This document shows, piece after piece, positions 36,027 through 49,129 of a stretch of 64,000 nt of DNA. This DNA is from Felis catus (lineage: Eukaryota), in assembly GCF_018350175.1 (NCBI RefSeq), contig NC_058369.1:27220001-27284000 (forward strand), read 5' to 3'. Within the stretch, counting starts at the first letter, position 1. Each line of letters starts with the position of its first letter. Made by a program: the position numbers and the translations under genes. The notes under the pieces were generated by a model. The model worked only from the letters and a program-made list of their open reading frames with translations, ran no database searches and was not told the DNA's origin.

Positions 36027-38699
36027 GTATATATTCTTTGTTAGAATGGTTTAGTTTTCTCATTTATAGTAAGTCTTTAGAGGCTCAAATCCTAATTCAG
36101 AGCAAATATCTTGCCCTCAGAATCTGCCTCTACCTGGGAGACAGAATTAATTGCTCTTGATAATTCTGTGCCACTCTGTTAAAACATGTGGCAATTATGT
36201 CATACCTTTATTGTCCACATCTGTGTTTCCCTCTGACTAAGCTCTAAATGGAAAAGTTTGTACACCTTTGGGCATGGCCCAGTCTTCAGTATGGTAGACA
36301 CTGGAATATTAATGTAGAAAAGTTCTAAGAAAATGATTTCTTAGTGACTTCTTTGTGCTGGGATCAAGCAGTGTATTCCACCTGCTTGAGTTTTGGCTAA
36401 CCCGAGAAATAAGACAGAGGAGATGGAAAATAAAGATTATAATATCTATTCCTGATAAAACCTAGGTAGAAGACATGGTTTATCTGTCATCCAGTGCTAG
36501 CAAATACTCAATTCCAGAATTAAGCAAATGGACCCACTCAGGTATAGGCTGTACTATATGAGACTCCATTTGAGTGGAATCTGGAAAGACTCTCTTTTTA
36601 TCCCTCCTCTAGTGTAGAGTTGACCCCACTCTCTCCATGACCCCATGGTACATATGTCTGTTTTGGTGTTCACAGATCTTCCTGGCAGTCTTAATAAATT
36701 ACCAGCACATCTCTCCCCCAAACCAAGATTACAATCTCTTTGGCTCAAGGCCTGGCATGTTAGTTATTTCTGTATCATTTGTGTCTGGTGGAGATCTAGG
36801 CACAGAGGACTTAGTAAATACTTGTTGAAAGACTAAGCTTTGTAATTGTGATTCTGGAGATAGTTTGACTTCTCCTTTCTCAGTTCATTGGCATTGAAAT
36901 AATCACAATTATGACATGGCATATGTCACATAGGACACATAACAGCTTATGGACAAAAGGGGAAATCAAAGCTGTATATGATGCTAATTTTAATAGGCAC
37001 ATGCTCACTTAAGGAGAACAATTAGAACTCACTGCAGTAACAAGCAGTGATGTACTATTTGTGGACTAACTTAACCACTCCTCATATTTGCGGTGTTTTT
37101 TAGAGACTTAAAGATGATGTGACTATGACATGTTCTAAACGCTGAATATGGTGTTAACCAACTTTTTGTTCTTCGTATTTTTATTAACTTTTAAAGGCTA
37201 AATGCCTTTGAAGATGTTTGTGTAACAAACATTGATTCTGGTGGGGTGTATGGTACTTGGTAAAAATACAGATTCCTGATCTCCATTTCCAGCATCATTT
37301 GATTGGAGACGTCCGTCCGGATAGAGACCAGTGTTGTGTGTTTAAGGCTAACTAGGTGACTGATTCAGGGATTCTATTGGCCATCTCCTGAATAAGGGAT
37401 CTTTAGGTTGAAAGGAAGAGAGATCTGCTCAATGAGTTGAAGTTCAAAGGTCCTTTTTCTTTTGTAAGGATACAGAGATCTCCCAGGAACCCAGGGGCTG
37501 TCACACAATCAGACTTCTGCAAGGTCCAGCCCCAGGGCAGCTCCAGGGACTGGCTTGCTCTCCACCTTTGAGTCTTCATATCTGATCCTTTCTCACTCTC
37601 AATCAGCTGCCTTTCAATCCTTGGTCCTTAGGACGTGGGCATATGCTGCCACTGACTGTGTCCCAGCTCTTCCCCTAAATTCCTCACAACCACCTGTGTC
37701 TTTTGTTTCAAATTCCTGGGAGGCAATCTGATCAGTTCAATGCAGCCGCTGGAGACCTGGTACCCAAGTCAAAGGTCAGGAAAACCTCTGAGAATTCCTT
37801 TCTATTCAAGGATTTCTACTCCTTGTCCAGGCAGCTGGGGGCTGGCAGTGGAAAGGAAGGTTTTGAAGAAGACCGTGGCAGGGAGGCTGAAGGAGCCCTG
37901 GCAAAAAGTCTGTTATTAACACAAACGCCTTCTCACCATTTTCAGTATCTGAATTTGTGACCAGTGATAAAATAGGGAGTAAATTTGTCTCCACGAAAGA
38001 CCTTTATCTTCAGGGATATTAGCCATAGAGTAGGGGATATGTAACACTGCTGTGGAGTGTGGTGTTTTAATAATGCAAATATCCAAAAGGGGGAGTTCTA
38101 AGATGTTTGGATAGTGAAGAACTTCTAGAACCCAAAGGCTAGGAAATAGAAGATAATCAACTTGGAAAGGCCTTCTATTCCTTTGAGTCAAATTTTGAGT
38201 ACTCATTTTGCCTTTGTACTCCTGGGCATTGATTGCATTAAACCCCACCTTGCTAGTTAGAGTTTTCTATGTTAGGGTGACTTTATTTACTTATCAGAGT
38301 CGGTAGGTGTTTGAGTTACTTGATGGAAATTTACCTTGATGAACTCATTTTGCATGTTAGAAGTAAAGAAAACCTCATACTCAGAACTGATATCCTCGGC
38401 AAAATATTAAAGAGCTTGTGTATGCACACTCTGCCTCCCCACCCCCACAGCCACCCTCCCTGTGTGTGTGTATGTGTGTGTGTGGGTGGGTGCGTGTGCA
38501 CACATGTGTAAATAAGAAAAGGTAAAAAAAAAAAATTAGAGTCGAAAACCAAATTATTTTCCTGAAATGTGTAAACTTCCCCCAGGTTAGAAAGATTTCA
38601 TTTTGGACAATGCAATGAAACTTAAGTAATCATCTAAGTTGTGTGTCTGTATGTTTGACAGCAAAGCCTTCAAAATATTTTGATATGCAACCTTTCTTC

Positions 38700-38855
38700 T
38701 TTTCCTTTGTGTTGTCAGACAACATGCCAGCTGTCAGACGGAGGGAAGCAAGAAACTTTGGCATCACTATTCCTGCCACCTTCACCATGGAGTTCCTATA
38801 AATAGCATAATAGGATAAACCAGCCTCAGAGGGAGAGCAGCAGGTGGCACTCGTT
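38700..38855. promoter_or_regulatory. Candidate enhancer/insulator motif cluster (MEF2, E-box, TALE, CTCF-like)
   Basis: Perfect MEF2 CTATAAATAG at 38796-38805; CAGCTG; two TGTCA; GCAGCAGGTGGCACT at 38837-38851; non-repetitive context. Confidence 0.35.
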
Positions 38856-39929
38856 GTATCCAGAGCTGAAGGTGTAAATGAATTTCAATGCCCTTTTGAT
38901 ACCCCAAACAACAATAAGATTACAAAGAATGAAGCTTTTGTTAGAGAGCCCAATATTTGAAGTAAATAATAATGATGATGATACTTTTCATTATCTGGCA
39001 GCTTTTCCCTTTGAAAGAGTTTTCAAAGAAGAAAGCGTCCTGTTTTCAGAACAGCCAGTGTCCCCTCTTATCTCTCTAAAGAGTCTCTCTGAACTCCCTC
39101 TTTTAAGAAAGGGGAGGTGATACTGATCTGAGCCAGGTGGTAGGTGGAGGGAATTAAGTCTGTTGTTGAAATGTTACTATAAAACACATCTTGCTGTAAT
39201 TACCAGAAAAGGAAACCATGGTGGCCTTCATCAGGAATGTTCTTTGTTGTCCCCCTGTTTCTCAGCTTTAGCTTCTGTCCATTCCTTGTCATTTCAGATT
39301 TACCACTACTTTTTAGAGCCTGTTTACAGTTCCGTCTCCTTTTCTTTCTGCCCTGATTGCTCCATTTTGAAGAAATCTGCTCTCTGACCACATAGCATGA
39401 ACAGAAACAAAACTTGTCACATGGTTCGGCATCTGTATCCTCCTCTAGCTGTGTCTGACTTGGCCTCCAATGTGGTCTCATGGTGTCCAACACATTTCTG
39501 GATTCACAGTGGCCACATTCTCCTTTAGTCACAGTCTACCCAACCAGGGAACACCATACTGGGATCCAAAGAGGAATGGGAGATGATGATGAAAGTTTAG
39601 CCCTTCTGACCTTGTGACCTCTTTCTCACCTTCTGTCTTTACCTGTGTCTTTTCAGCTTCCAGCTATGGCTCTTCTCTCTCTCTGTCTGGTCCACACTTA
39701 CTCCTCCAGCAGCTGGCAGGTTGAGCAAACTCCATGTGGTCAGCTCCACTCTTCCCCCAGCTGTTGCTGTGCAAACTCCTTTGACTCCTGGTCCCTCTGG
39801 GTGACTGTTGTGCCTTAGCCACCATGAGGAGGAATGGACCACAGGTGCTCAGTTGTAAATAATTGACCTTATGCCTTGCAATCGACTAAAATGAAGCCAC
39901 ACTTTATATTAGAGCCACAGCTGTACATA

Positions 39930-40310
39930 ATCTGACCCTCTGCTTCTCTAGACTTTTTCCTCCTTTCTCTCTCCTTCCCTCACCAAATTCTGGCCTTTGT
40001 GCCCCTTGAAGCTTCAGGGCCCTTTCACTCCTCTTCTGTCTGGCGTGCTTGCCCTACAGCTGGTCCAGCTGTTGTTCATCTTCTCAGTTCACCCTTCCTA
40101 AACTTGACATCCAATTACTTTCTCCGCCTATTTTCACTTCCTTCACAGCAATACATAACTATCTATAATTCCCATTTGTTAATTTGCTTACCATAGATCT
40201 TCTCCCATCAAACGAATGTAAACTCTGTGACAGCAGGGGCTTTATATTTGCTATCACCATGAAGCCACTTAATATAGAGAATGCTTAATGATGAGTGTTG
40301 GCATGGATGT
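39930..40310 (+). mobile_element. L2 3' region
   Basis: cttcagggccctttcactcctcttctgtctgg...gaatgtaaactctgtgacagcaggggcttt. Confidence 0.65.
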
Positions 40311-41042
40311 GGAAGGAATGAGAACACAGAGAAAGTTCTTTAGTAATGTCTGTTCTCTGTGTGCTTTCTTTCACTTCAGGGACCATACTCTCTCTATTGT
40401 TACATACAGTTTGGCACCTAATTGAAAACTGAATTGTTAATGTCACAGATGCCAAGTTGTTTTAGTGAGCTGTGGCTGGAGATCCATACCAACCCTTGGT
40501 TAATCACCCATTGTTACTCACATTTGAATACAGTGACGCCAATGTCTAGTTGATCGTTTGCTGAATCTACCACGTGGATGAGACTGTGGTGCTACCTCTA
40601 CTGTGTGGAGATAATACGCCACCAGCAGCTGCGTCTGCTAAGGCCTATTCAGTGTTCAAAGGGGGTTCTTCCCAGTGGGCCTTGTTGATATGTACACCAA
40701 AACCGACATCTGGGAAGATGAAGTAATACCAATTACCTGCATTTCACAATAAGCAAACCAAAGTTCAGAGCCTCAATTGCAAAGTTGTTGAAATAAAAAA
40801 TAAATGAACAGACGTGCTGGTTGTGAAATCCAATTTTATGTAATTCCTGCTGTACCACTGTCTTTCTCTTGGTCCTCTGCATTTTTCTAGTTTCTTCTGT
40901 TCTCTACAATTAGTGTACCTGCATGAAAGTTCTATGACCCACAGAAGGTGGGCTCCACAGCAACATAAACCAGTGTCTTTTGTGAATTCCCTTAAAATGT
41001 GTTCCTGAGAGAGTGCTGGAGGAAGTCCCCTTAATACTAGGG

Positions 41043-41255
41043 TGGGGTCTGCAAATTTTTTGGCAAAGAGCCCTATGGTAATTTTAGACTTTGCAGGCAA
41101 AAAGGCAAGATCCAGGATCTTACATAATGCTTACATGATAAGAGATGAATTTCTGCAATTTTTTTTCAACAATGTGAAAATGTAAAATCTTCTTAGCTCA
41201 CAGACCATACAGAAACAGCCCAATTGGACCTGAGGGCTACAGTTTGAGCGCTTCT
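41043..41255. mobile_element. MER58-family hAT MITE
   Basis: ggggtctgcaaattttttggcaaagagcc...attttagactttgcagg...tcttagctcacagaccatacagaaacag...ggctacagtttg. Confidence 0.7.
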
Positions 41256-41924
41256 CCAGGGGAAGAACAGAAATATTAGCCCATGACTCCTAAACCAACA
41301 CCACTCCTAAACTCCTTGACCTTGCCTTGAGCCACAACCCTGGCTCCTTTTTCGGGTGTGCTCACTTCCATACTTGTGTCCTGGGAGCCCCTTCTGAATT
41401 CCGTAACATCTGTGGAAAGTTGGGAGAGACCCTATCTTTTAACTTGGCCACAGGGGATTTATTTTCTCACTGGAACCTCGTGGGGGTGGGGGTGGGGGTG
41501 GGGGGGAGTGTCGCTGGTCTGTTGGGGACAGGAGCCTTGTTACAGCGTTTGCTATCTGGCTGTTCTTTCTCATTTACTCTCTTCAGACCTCTCACAGAAG
41601 CCTTTCTGCTCATTCGGTTCTCTGGAACACATGACTTAACTGAACCCTCATTAGACTTGTTTACTGAAAATCTAGCAATCCACAAAACTTTGTCTTTCGA
41701 GCAGTGCTGTACTGACAGGACTACCATGGCAAATGGAATTAGGCCTATTTAGAGTTCTGTTTCTCTATATGTATAGGTAAAGAACCTCATTTTTAACTGA
41801 AGAGGGCAGTATTTAGGATAGAACTTTAAGAACTCCCTAACAAACAATTTAAGACTGGGTCATGCCTTAAACCGTGTTTTGGCTATAACATGTTTCACTG
41901 CAATGAAAAGTTCTTTCCAGTGCA

Positions 41925-42309
41925 TTTTTTCTTTTTCTGCGTGTGCGTGAGAGAGAACCTTTTTAAAAAAATTTTTTAATGTTTGTTTATTTTTGAGAGA
42001 AACAGAACATGAGTGGGGGAGGGGCAGAGAGAGAGGGAGGCACAGAATCAGAAACAGGCTCCAGGCTCCAAGCTGTCAGCACAGAGCCCAACACGAGGCT
42101 TGAACTCACAAACTGTGAGATCATGACCTGAGCTGAAGTCGGACGCTCAACCAACTGAGCCACCCAGGTGCTCCAAGAGAGAGAATCTTAAGCAGGTTCA
42201 GTGCCCATTGAGGAATCTGATACAGGACTCCATCTCATGACCGTGAGCTCATGACCTGAATGGAAATCAAGAGTTGGACACTTAACCGACTGAGCCACCC
42301 AGGCGCCCC
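41925..42309 (-). mobile_element. Older Can-SINE (outer element), split by a nested SINE
   Basis: Tail at 41925-41961; body resumes at 42177 gagagagaatcttaagcagg...gagccacccaggcgcccc. Confidence 0.85.
41962..42175 (-). mobile_element. SINEC_Fc nested in an older SINE
   Basis: TSD gagagagaacctt (41949-41961) / gagagagaatctt (42177-42189). Confidence 0.9.
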
Positions 42310-42411
42310 TTCCCAGGGGTTTTTAATAGGACTTTAAACACCATCCAGAGTTGGAGGCACAGAGTCAGGATCTTCCCAGATGAAGCCAAAGCAGAGCTCT
42401 TTTCCCAAATA

Positions 42412-42726
42412 CAGTTAACCCTTGAATAACATCCACCCCACCCCCACCACCGCCAAAACTTCACTAACTTTTGACTCTCGCAAAACGTAACTCCTGATAG
42501 TCTACTGTTGACCAGAATTCTTACTAATAAATATTCAATTTACACATATTTTGTACCGTATATGTATTATATACTGTATTCTTACAATAAAGTAAGTTAG
42601 AGAAGAGAAAATGTTAAGGTCATAAGGAAGAGAAAATACATTTATAGTACTGTATGGTATTTATCAAAATATATGCATGTGTAAGTGGGCCTGTGTTGTT
42701 TAAAACCTGTTGTTCAAAGGTAACTG
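42412..42726. mobile_element. Tigger2-derived MITE (TcMar-Tigger)
   Basis: TIRs cagttaacccttgaataaca / tgttgttcaaaggtaactg, flanked by TA; internal tatactgtattcttacaataaagtaag. Confidence 0.85.
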
Positions 42727-42734
42727 TACTCCAT

Positions 42735-43055
42735 TTTACTGCCTCCGTCTCAGGATGTGGATGTTTCCACTTCCTGACACCTTGCAGTTGTGGTCTCTGA
42801 CTTGCTTTGGATGATAAAATTTGAGAGGAGGTAGCATGTGTCTCATCTAGGTGGAAATACTTAATTGGCAGAGCAAGGGATTTTTTTTTTTTAAACCCAG
42901 CTACAGGGAACATGGAAACCCAGTGGGTAAACAGTCCTCCATCAAACTGTACAGAGTACGCAGTACAAGCAAGAAGTAGACCTACATCTTTTTAAGTCAC
43001 CAAGATTTGGGATTTTGCTCTTATTGCTGCACAACTCAGCCCATCCTGACTGCTA
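42735..43055 (+). mobile_element. MaLR LTR, MLT1I/J-like
   Basis: tgacttgctttgg...gagaggaggtagcatgtgtc...tttaagtcaccaagatttggga...ttgctgcacaactcagcccatcctgactg. Confidence 0.7.
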
Positions 43056-45030
43056 TCCTCCGTCTAGCCCAAAAGCATGAGAGTAGAAGAAAAAATCTGT
43101 CCAGCTGGTTGTTTGGAAGGATCACTGATAATAGTGGTTTCTAGTTAGGCTATTCTGGATACAATTGTCCTGTGCACCATGTGTGTTGAGCTGGAGCCAT
43201 GGGCGTTTGCGTATCTTTGAGTAGGAAACCAAACCTCTATCACAGAGAGGGAAAACTGTGCACTGGCTGAAAATAAAATCTAGATACTGGGGTGAATCGC
43301 ATTGTGTTCTGAAAACATTTATTGAGTGCTTCTGTGTGGAAGACACTGTTGGAACCTCAGACTGCTTTATCAGTTTCTGAAGGAGAACTGCAAGTATTTT
43401 CTTTGATTTCTTACTTGTTTTCCTTGTGGTCAAGCAATTAGTTAGGACACCTAATTAGCAGCTATTGTACCTCTGTGCAGACAATTTACAAGTCTGTTCT
43501 CCAAAAGGGGAAATGTTAATGAGAAGAGAGTCCTGTGGCTGAACTCTGGAGGGGACAACTGTCTCCCTTCATTGTATTCACTGGGCAACTTCCTTCCTTC
43601 AGTGTGCTGAACTCAGTCTGAAAAAGCCTCCAGCTACTCACGTGACACAGGGTTTATTTTTATCTCCTCAGATTGAAACCTTATTGCTAGTTTAGTGAGC
43701 CTTCTTAACCAGCATGAGCAGGTAATGTGAAAAATCAAAACTGACAGCATATTTAAATCACACCCCTAACCCAGATTGGGTATGTGTACATCTCATGGTA
43801 CCGTTTAAATCCCCAGATGAAAAAGCAAGGGACATTATTACAATTGCTGGAGGATGGGTCCTGAAGGTAGAACTTTCCAACTACTAAGGACCAAGGATTG
43901 GGCAGTCTATGTTTAAGTTGCAAGGGGCGGGGTGGGGGGAGAACATTTAGCCACTGACCATTTAAGAAACCTGGAGAAGCCACAAACTATTATTTTTCTT
44001 ATTTCTGTCCAACACACACCTATAGCTACTATAGAATTTCCAGTCCTAAGCAAGATCACTAGGGAATCATCTTTTTCTCCTCTTGGTGCAAAATAACCAG
44101 TTTTATTCAGGAAGTATTTTTGTGAATTGCCATTAAACACTTTGTTAGTTGAATAAGGAAATGGCAAGCTCATAAACAAGTGTTTTTTTCAACCCAAGTG
44201 TTGATGATACTACTTTTGCTTATGGATTTTCTTGAGTTATACTCTGCCTATATGTAAAATGGAAAAGAACCTTGTGAATTTTGAATCCTAAATATTTCTG
44301 TGTATGGGAAGGGGAAGTAGAAATATGACAAGGGAGGCAAATCAGAGGCTCTTGTGAGGAGGAGGAAAGAATAAGCATTCCCATGTTGGCAGGACTTTGA
44401 GAATTTGCCTTTTCTGTCCAAAACCAATATCTGAGTCATGATATCAATACTTTTGAGACTAGAAGCAAATATTGAGTATTAGAAATAGAGAATTTCCTTT
44501 TTGTTAAAGGGGCAAGGAAGCACCCTTTGACTTATCAAAATTCCTTCCACAAAGATGCTCAGAGAATAGAACACTCAATTTTGAGCAATCTTCATAAGGT
44601 AGGATAATGGGAGCTTGGCTTCATATACAAAGCTTTGTATATCTTCCAATAAGTGCACTTAGTTCCTCCAGCATTGATCAGTGAGGCTGTGGGTCTCCGA
44701 GTTCTGTATGGAATGTGGCTTCAAATTCTCTTGACTTCTGATTCTACCCTGGCTGCAACGACCTGTTCACACAGGCTTCAGGCAGCTTTCTGCAGGTACA
44801 AATAAACAGCATCTTGCTTGGGTGTGTATCCCAGGCCTCCTGAATTTGTTTCAGGAATTCCCTGACATCATGGCCCAGGGGGACTGTCAGAGCTGCTTGG
44901 CAGGTTTGCAGGTGCATCCTAGAAGCCTAGGAATTAATGATCCTTTGGGAAACTCTTGGCCAATGGGAGTTGAGAGTTGAGGAATAAATGCTTTCTCTTT
45001 CTCTTCTCATCCCCTAGGGTAACCACTTTT

Positions 45031-45252
45031 TTTTTTTTAATTTTTTTTTCAACGTTTATTTGTTTTTGGGACAGAGAGAGACAGAGCATGAATGGGCGAG
45101 GGGCAGAGAGAGAGGGAGACACAGAATAGGAAACAGGCTCCAGGCTCTGAGCCATCAGCCCAGAGCCCGACGCGGGGCTCGAACTCACAGACTGCGAGAT
45201 CATGACCTGGCTGAAGTCGGACGCTTAACCGACTGCGCCACCCAGGTGCCCC
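45031..45252 (-). mobile_element. Young feline Can-SINE (SINEC_Fc1-like)
   Basis: CpG-rich; perfect TSD agggtaaccactttt (45016-45030 / 45253-45267). Confidence 0.97.
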
Positions 45253-45360
45253 AGGGTAACCACTTTTAAGGCACATTTGACAAGGCTTCTAAGAAGGTCT
45301 TAAGGGATCTAGCATTGCAGTGTCTACAGTGCGGGCCAGATTGATAACATGTTTTTGTGT

Positions 45361-45362
<2 letters not shown>

Positions 45363-45403
<41 letters not shown>
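45363..45403. repeat. Poly(C)41 homopolymer
   Basis: 41 uninterrupted C. Confidence 0.95.
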
Positions 45404-45404
<1 letters not shown>

Positions 45405-46777
45405 CCATTCCTGTCTCAATCCTATAGTCCCTCCCTCCTGCCCAGGCATCCTTTGTCAAAGAAACCACTTGCATACAAAGTTTGTCTCAGGCTCTCTTGA
45501 AAAAGCCTGTCCTAAACACATTCTATTCTTAACCCTCCACCCCTCCCCCGCCCACCACCGTCCTCTGCCTAAGTGTGTAATTTCAGACTAAATTCAGTCT
45601 TACTGCTGTTGGGACATTATTAGTGAATATGAAAGATCCCACTTTTACATTTCCAATATGGTTTTAGCACCAGGGGCCAGTGGACAGAAATGATCCCATT
45701 AAAATGGCCAATGACCCATTTTTTTTTTCCTTTTGATATAGGAGAGGTTCTTCTTATGTGTGTTTCTAGCTCCCTGTATTGCTCCTTTGTGAGCCTCATT
45801 ATAAAACCTTGACCTTCAGGAAAGAAATTAAAGGATAGGGACATTTCATGGTACTCGTGTTCATTCTCTGGATGCTTTTTGATCTTTGCAAAGTATAAAC
45901 AGTCTGGGGAGAGTGCTGATGAGGCCAGTGCTGTAGCCTTGATCCTGGCATGAGCTGATTAGCCTTGCATGGCAGAAAACCATCACGTAGGCTGAAGCTG
46001 CATTCTGAATTCTGGTGGAACATGGTGTGTCTGCTCTTGGCCACCCAGGGTAGCAGATGACAATGTGCATTTCACCCTCCCTCCTGAACACAACACACAA
46101 CCTCCCTGTGACAGTGATTCGGATGTGCAGTGTTGCCCGTGATGAGATGAACACGTTGATGTAATGGGGCATTTATAGGTGGCTGAACAGGGCTCAGATG
46201 GGACTTGTGTAGGCAGTGCCCTGAAGTTAGGAGTGGGAGGGCAGGAAACCATCAGAACTATTTGCACAGGAGACCAGGGACTTGGGCAGATGCTGGATGC
46301 GAGCAGCGTGGCTTCAAGGCACACAACCTAGGTGTGGTTCTCCTCTAGCAGGGAGCCAAGGAGGGGCTGGGTTCTCCACTCCCCGTGGCATCTCTGCGGC
46401 ATCGGTGGGATTGGTTCCATGCTGAGATGGCACAACCACGTAGCCATGGGCATTTGTGCGTATGTGGAAGGGGATGGGGACAAGGCTAAGAGAATCAGAG
46501 TCAGCCAAGCGGCCAAGTGCTCTTAAAACTATGCTTACGGTGCACTCACTGTGGCACTTTCTTTCTTGTCCCAGATGAGTTGACTCTGCAGCCATGTTTC
46601 TAATGGCAGTGGGTCATCTGGCAACTCAGGAAGCTGCTGTTGTCTCTGAATTTCAAAGAATGCCTGGTGACCCCCCAGGAGGGCTGCAGCTTGGCAGAGA
46701 CTTTGCTAAGGGTAGAATTCGTTCTCCAGGGTAAAGCATGTTTGAGTTTAATTTTGCGTTCTAGGAATGTGGAGTGG

Positions 46778-46905
46778 TTTTTATTTTTGAGGTGAAATTC
46801 ATATAGCTTACAATGAACCATTTTAATGTATACAAGCAGTGGCATTTAGTGTATTTACAATGTTGAGCTACCTACTTGCAAAATATTTTCATCACCCCCA
46901 AATAA
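46778..46905 (-). mobile_element. L1MB-type 3' terminal fragment
   Basis: tttgaggtgaaattcatatagc...accattttaatgtatacaagcagtggcatttagt...atattttcatcacccc. Confidence 0.7.
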
Positions 46906-47384
46906 GACCACGAAGGAATGTCATAATGTGGTTTTAATACCTGACTATGATGATAATTGCTTTTTTATGAGGAGCCAAAAAAAGTTCTAAGAACAAATAT
47001 ATACTCCCTCTTAATTTTATTCTATTTTTTAATGACATAACTTTATTTTTGTTCCTTCCAATTTATAGACGCAATGTATTTTCAATGCAGGAAACTAAAA
47101 AAATAATTGTGAAAATCATAAGGCAAAAGAATACCCAGACACCATATGAAGAAGGTACAAGACTAGTTGGGACAAAGTTCTAGCAAAACCTTTTGCTAAG
47201 TTTACATGCTCTGCTCTATACCCCATGTCTGGATTAAGACAAAGAGTCATGGATGAGAATTCCCTGAAAGAATTTGGACAATGTGTCTTCCTGAAAGTCC
47301 CATGTAATTTGTGCCCTGCTTCTTCTGGTATGCTTGAGAATTATTGGTTACACAGCAGGAGTGGTTTACAATCAAGTCAGACTA

Positions 47385-47540
47385 GAGGTAAAAACCCAAG
47401 CCCTGCTACTTCCTAGCTATGTGACTTTGGCAAGATGGGTAACATTTTTGTGATCCTTGGTTTTCTTATCTGTAAAATGGGTTGGTATCTGCCTCATGAG
47501 TTTATTGTGAAAAGTAAATGCCTGGCACATAGTGCTGAGA
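47385..47540 (+). mobile_element. MIR
   Basis: ccctgctacttcctagctatgtgactttggcaag...ttttcttatctgtaaaatggg...tgcctggcacatagt. Confidence 0.8.
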
Positions 47541-49129
47541 AAATGAAAATATTTTAAAAAGAGACAACCATATAGACAGGCAAAGATACAGATGTTTGGG
47601 GGCCAGCTCAGGCCAGCCCCCCCAGGCAAGTACCTCTCTCATGGCAGGTTTGATTTAAGCTCATGCTACCAAAAATGGAATCAAACTCCCACATACTAAA
47701 GCCAGGATAGCCAATGTCTACTGTTGGGCATTGTTCACTACTGCCAGAGACTGTCTCCCAATTTACAGCAAGATCACTTTGGGTAGCAAATGACTCTGTG
47801 GTACGTCAAAAACATACCAGAGAAATGGCAGTAAGTTGTGAAGGAAAGGTTGTGTGTTCTGTACCTGACTAGCTCAGTTGCATGGGGGTTTCAGAACAGG
47901 CCCCTCCCAAGGCTATAAATGACACTGGTGTGACAGGCATGGACCTGCTGCCAATGGTAGGATGCCTGATTCTCAGGAGGCTGAGAAGAAACTCATGCCC
48001 CGAGGGCTGGTTTTGAGTAGGACCTGAACACATCATTTCCTGTGATCCAGGTATGGAATGCAATTTAGAATCCCATTAGTTTTGCCTGGGTAATATATCC
48101 AGCCTCTCCAGTTTGTAATTTATTCAGGAAATTGTTGAACATCTATGGGTTAGATGCTACCCAAGGTGTTGACATCTGGAAACGAGACATGGCCCCGGCC
48201 ATCATGAGAGTCCCAGGCTGGAATGGCCATTCCTTGGAGCATCCTGGGGTTGGGGGGGGGGGGTGTCTACCACCTCTCAAGACATATATCCCATCCATCA
48301 GAAAAGCTTTCCATGACCAGACACATTTGGGAAACCGTGAGTAGGACATAAGTTTCATTAGGGTTTAAGACCTCTAAGATGTGGTAAAGGGAAAAAAGAC
48401 AAAGTAACTTAATGTTTCCAACGTTAAAGTAAATAGGAAATCTTTTTGCCACTTAAAACTTCTTAAGGTAGCCTGGACCTGGTATTCCCTGTGGGTCTAG
48501 AAGAAATCTGTCCTAAATTTTCCAGACTGAGATTCATAAACCAATACAAAAATTATACTTCTTCTATAGATGCAGATGTATGTCATGCCTTGGGAAACTT
48601 TGAGATCTGATTCCATTTCAAAAACCCCCCTGAAGGAGATGGTAAACTGCTATGTTTGTGCAGCCAGCCAGCTTAAGATCAGTAGGAGTGGCTGGCTGGG
48701 AGTTTGTCTGTGCTCACTGACAAATTGGTGGCAGTGCTGTGACCTGGAAACACACATCCCTCCGCTCCAGTTGGTCTCTGCCGGGTAGTGTGAATGTAGG
48801 TCAGACCAGTAAGCACTTATTTCTTAGGATAGCATGGAAACCTGTATTTTTTAGATTTGAAATTTCACAACTGCAACTTTGTAAAACACTGTACTGGCCA
48901 AACAAAACAACAAAAACACTTCTATAGGCCAGCCCTAGGAGAGGAGCTACCAAGCTGTGACCTCACCCCGGGGAGATGGGTGTGAACCCTTTGCAGATTA
49001 GTAAAATCTGTAAAACAAAGGGTCTGGGAGTTCCTGAGGCAAATGCCATGCCTAGGTAATTATGTTGGTGACCACACCCTCCATGCCCTGGAGATTCCCT
49101 GCCTGTGCCTCTTCCTTGGCTCTCAGTCA

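Noticed and set aside
40521..40736. Minus-strand AG...GTGAGT-bounded segment that looked like an exon
   Set aside because: Stop codons in all three frames and a weak polypyrimidine tract.
45289..45591. Poly-Gly / poly-Pro ORFs
   Set aside because: Produced solely by the poly(C) tract.
45662..45690. REST half-sites / CTCF-like motif (ttagcaccaggggccagtggacag)
   Set aside because: Mismatches at key positions and non-canonical spacing; compatible with chance.
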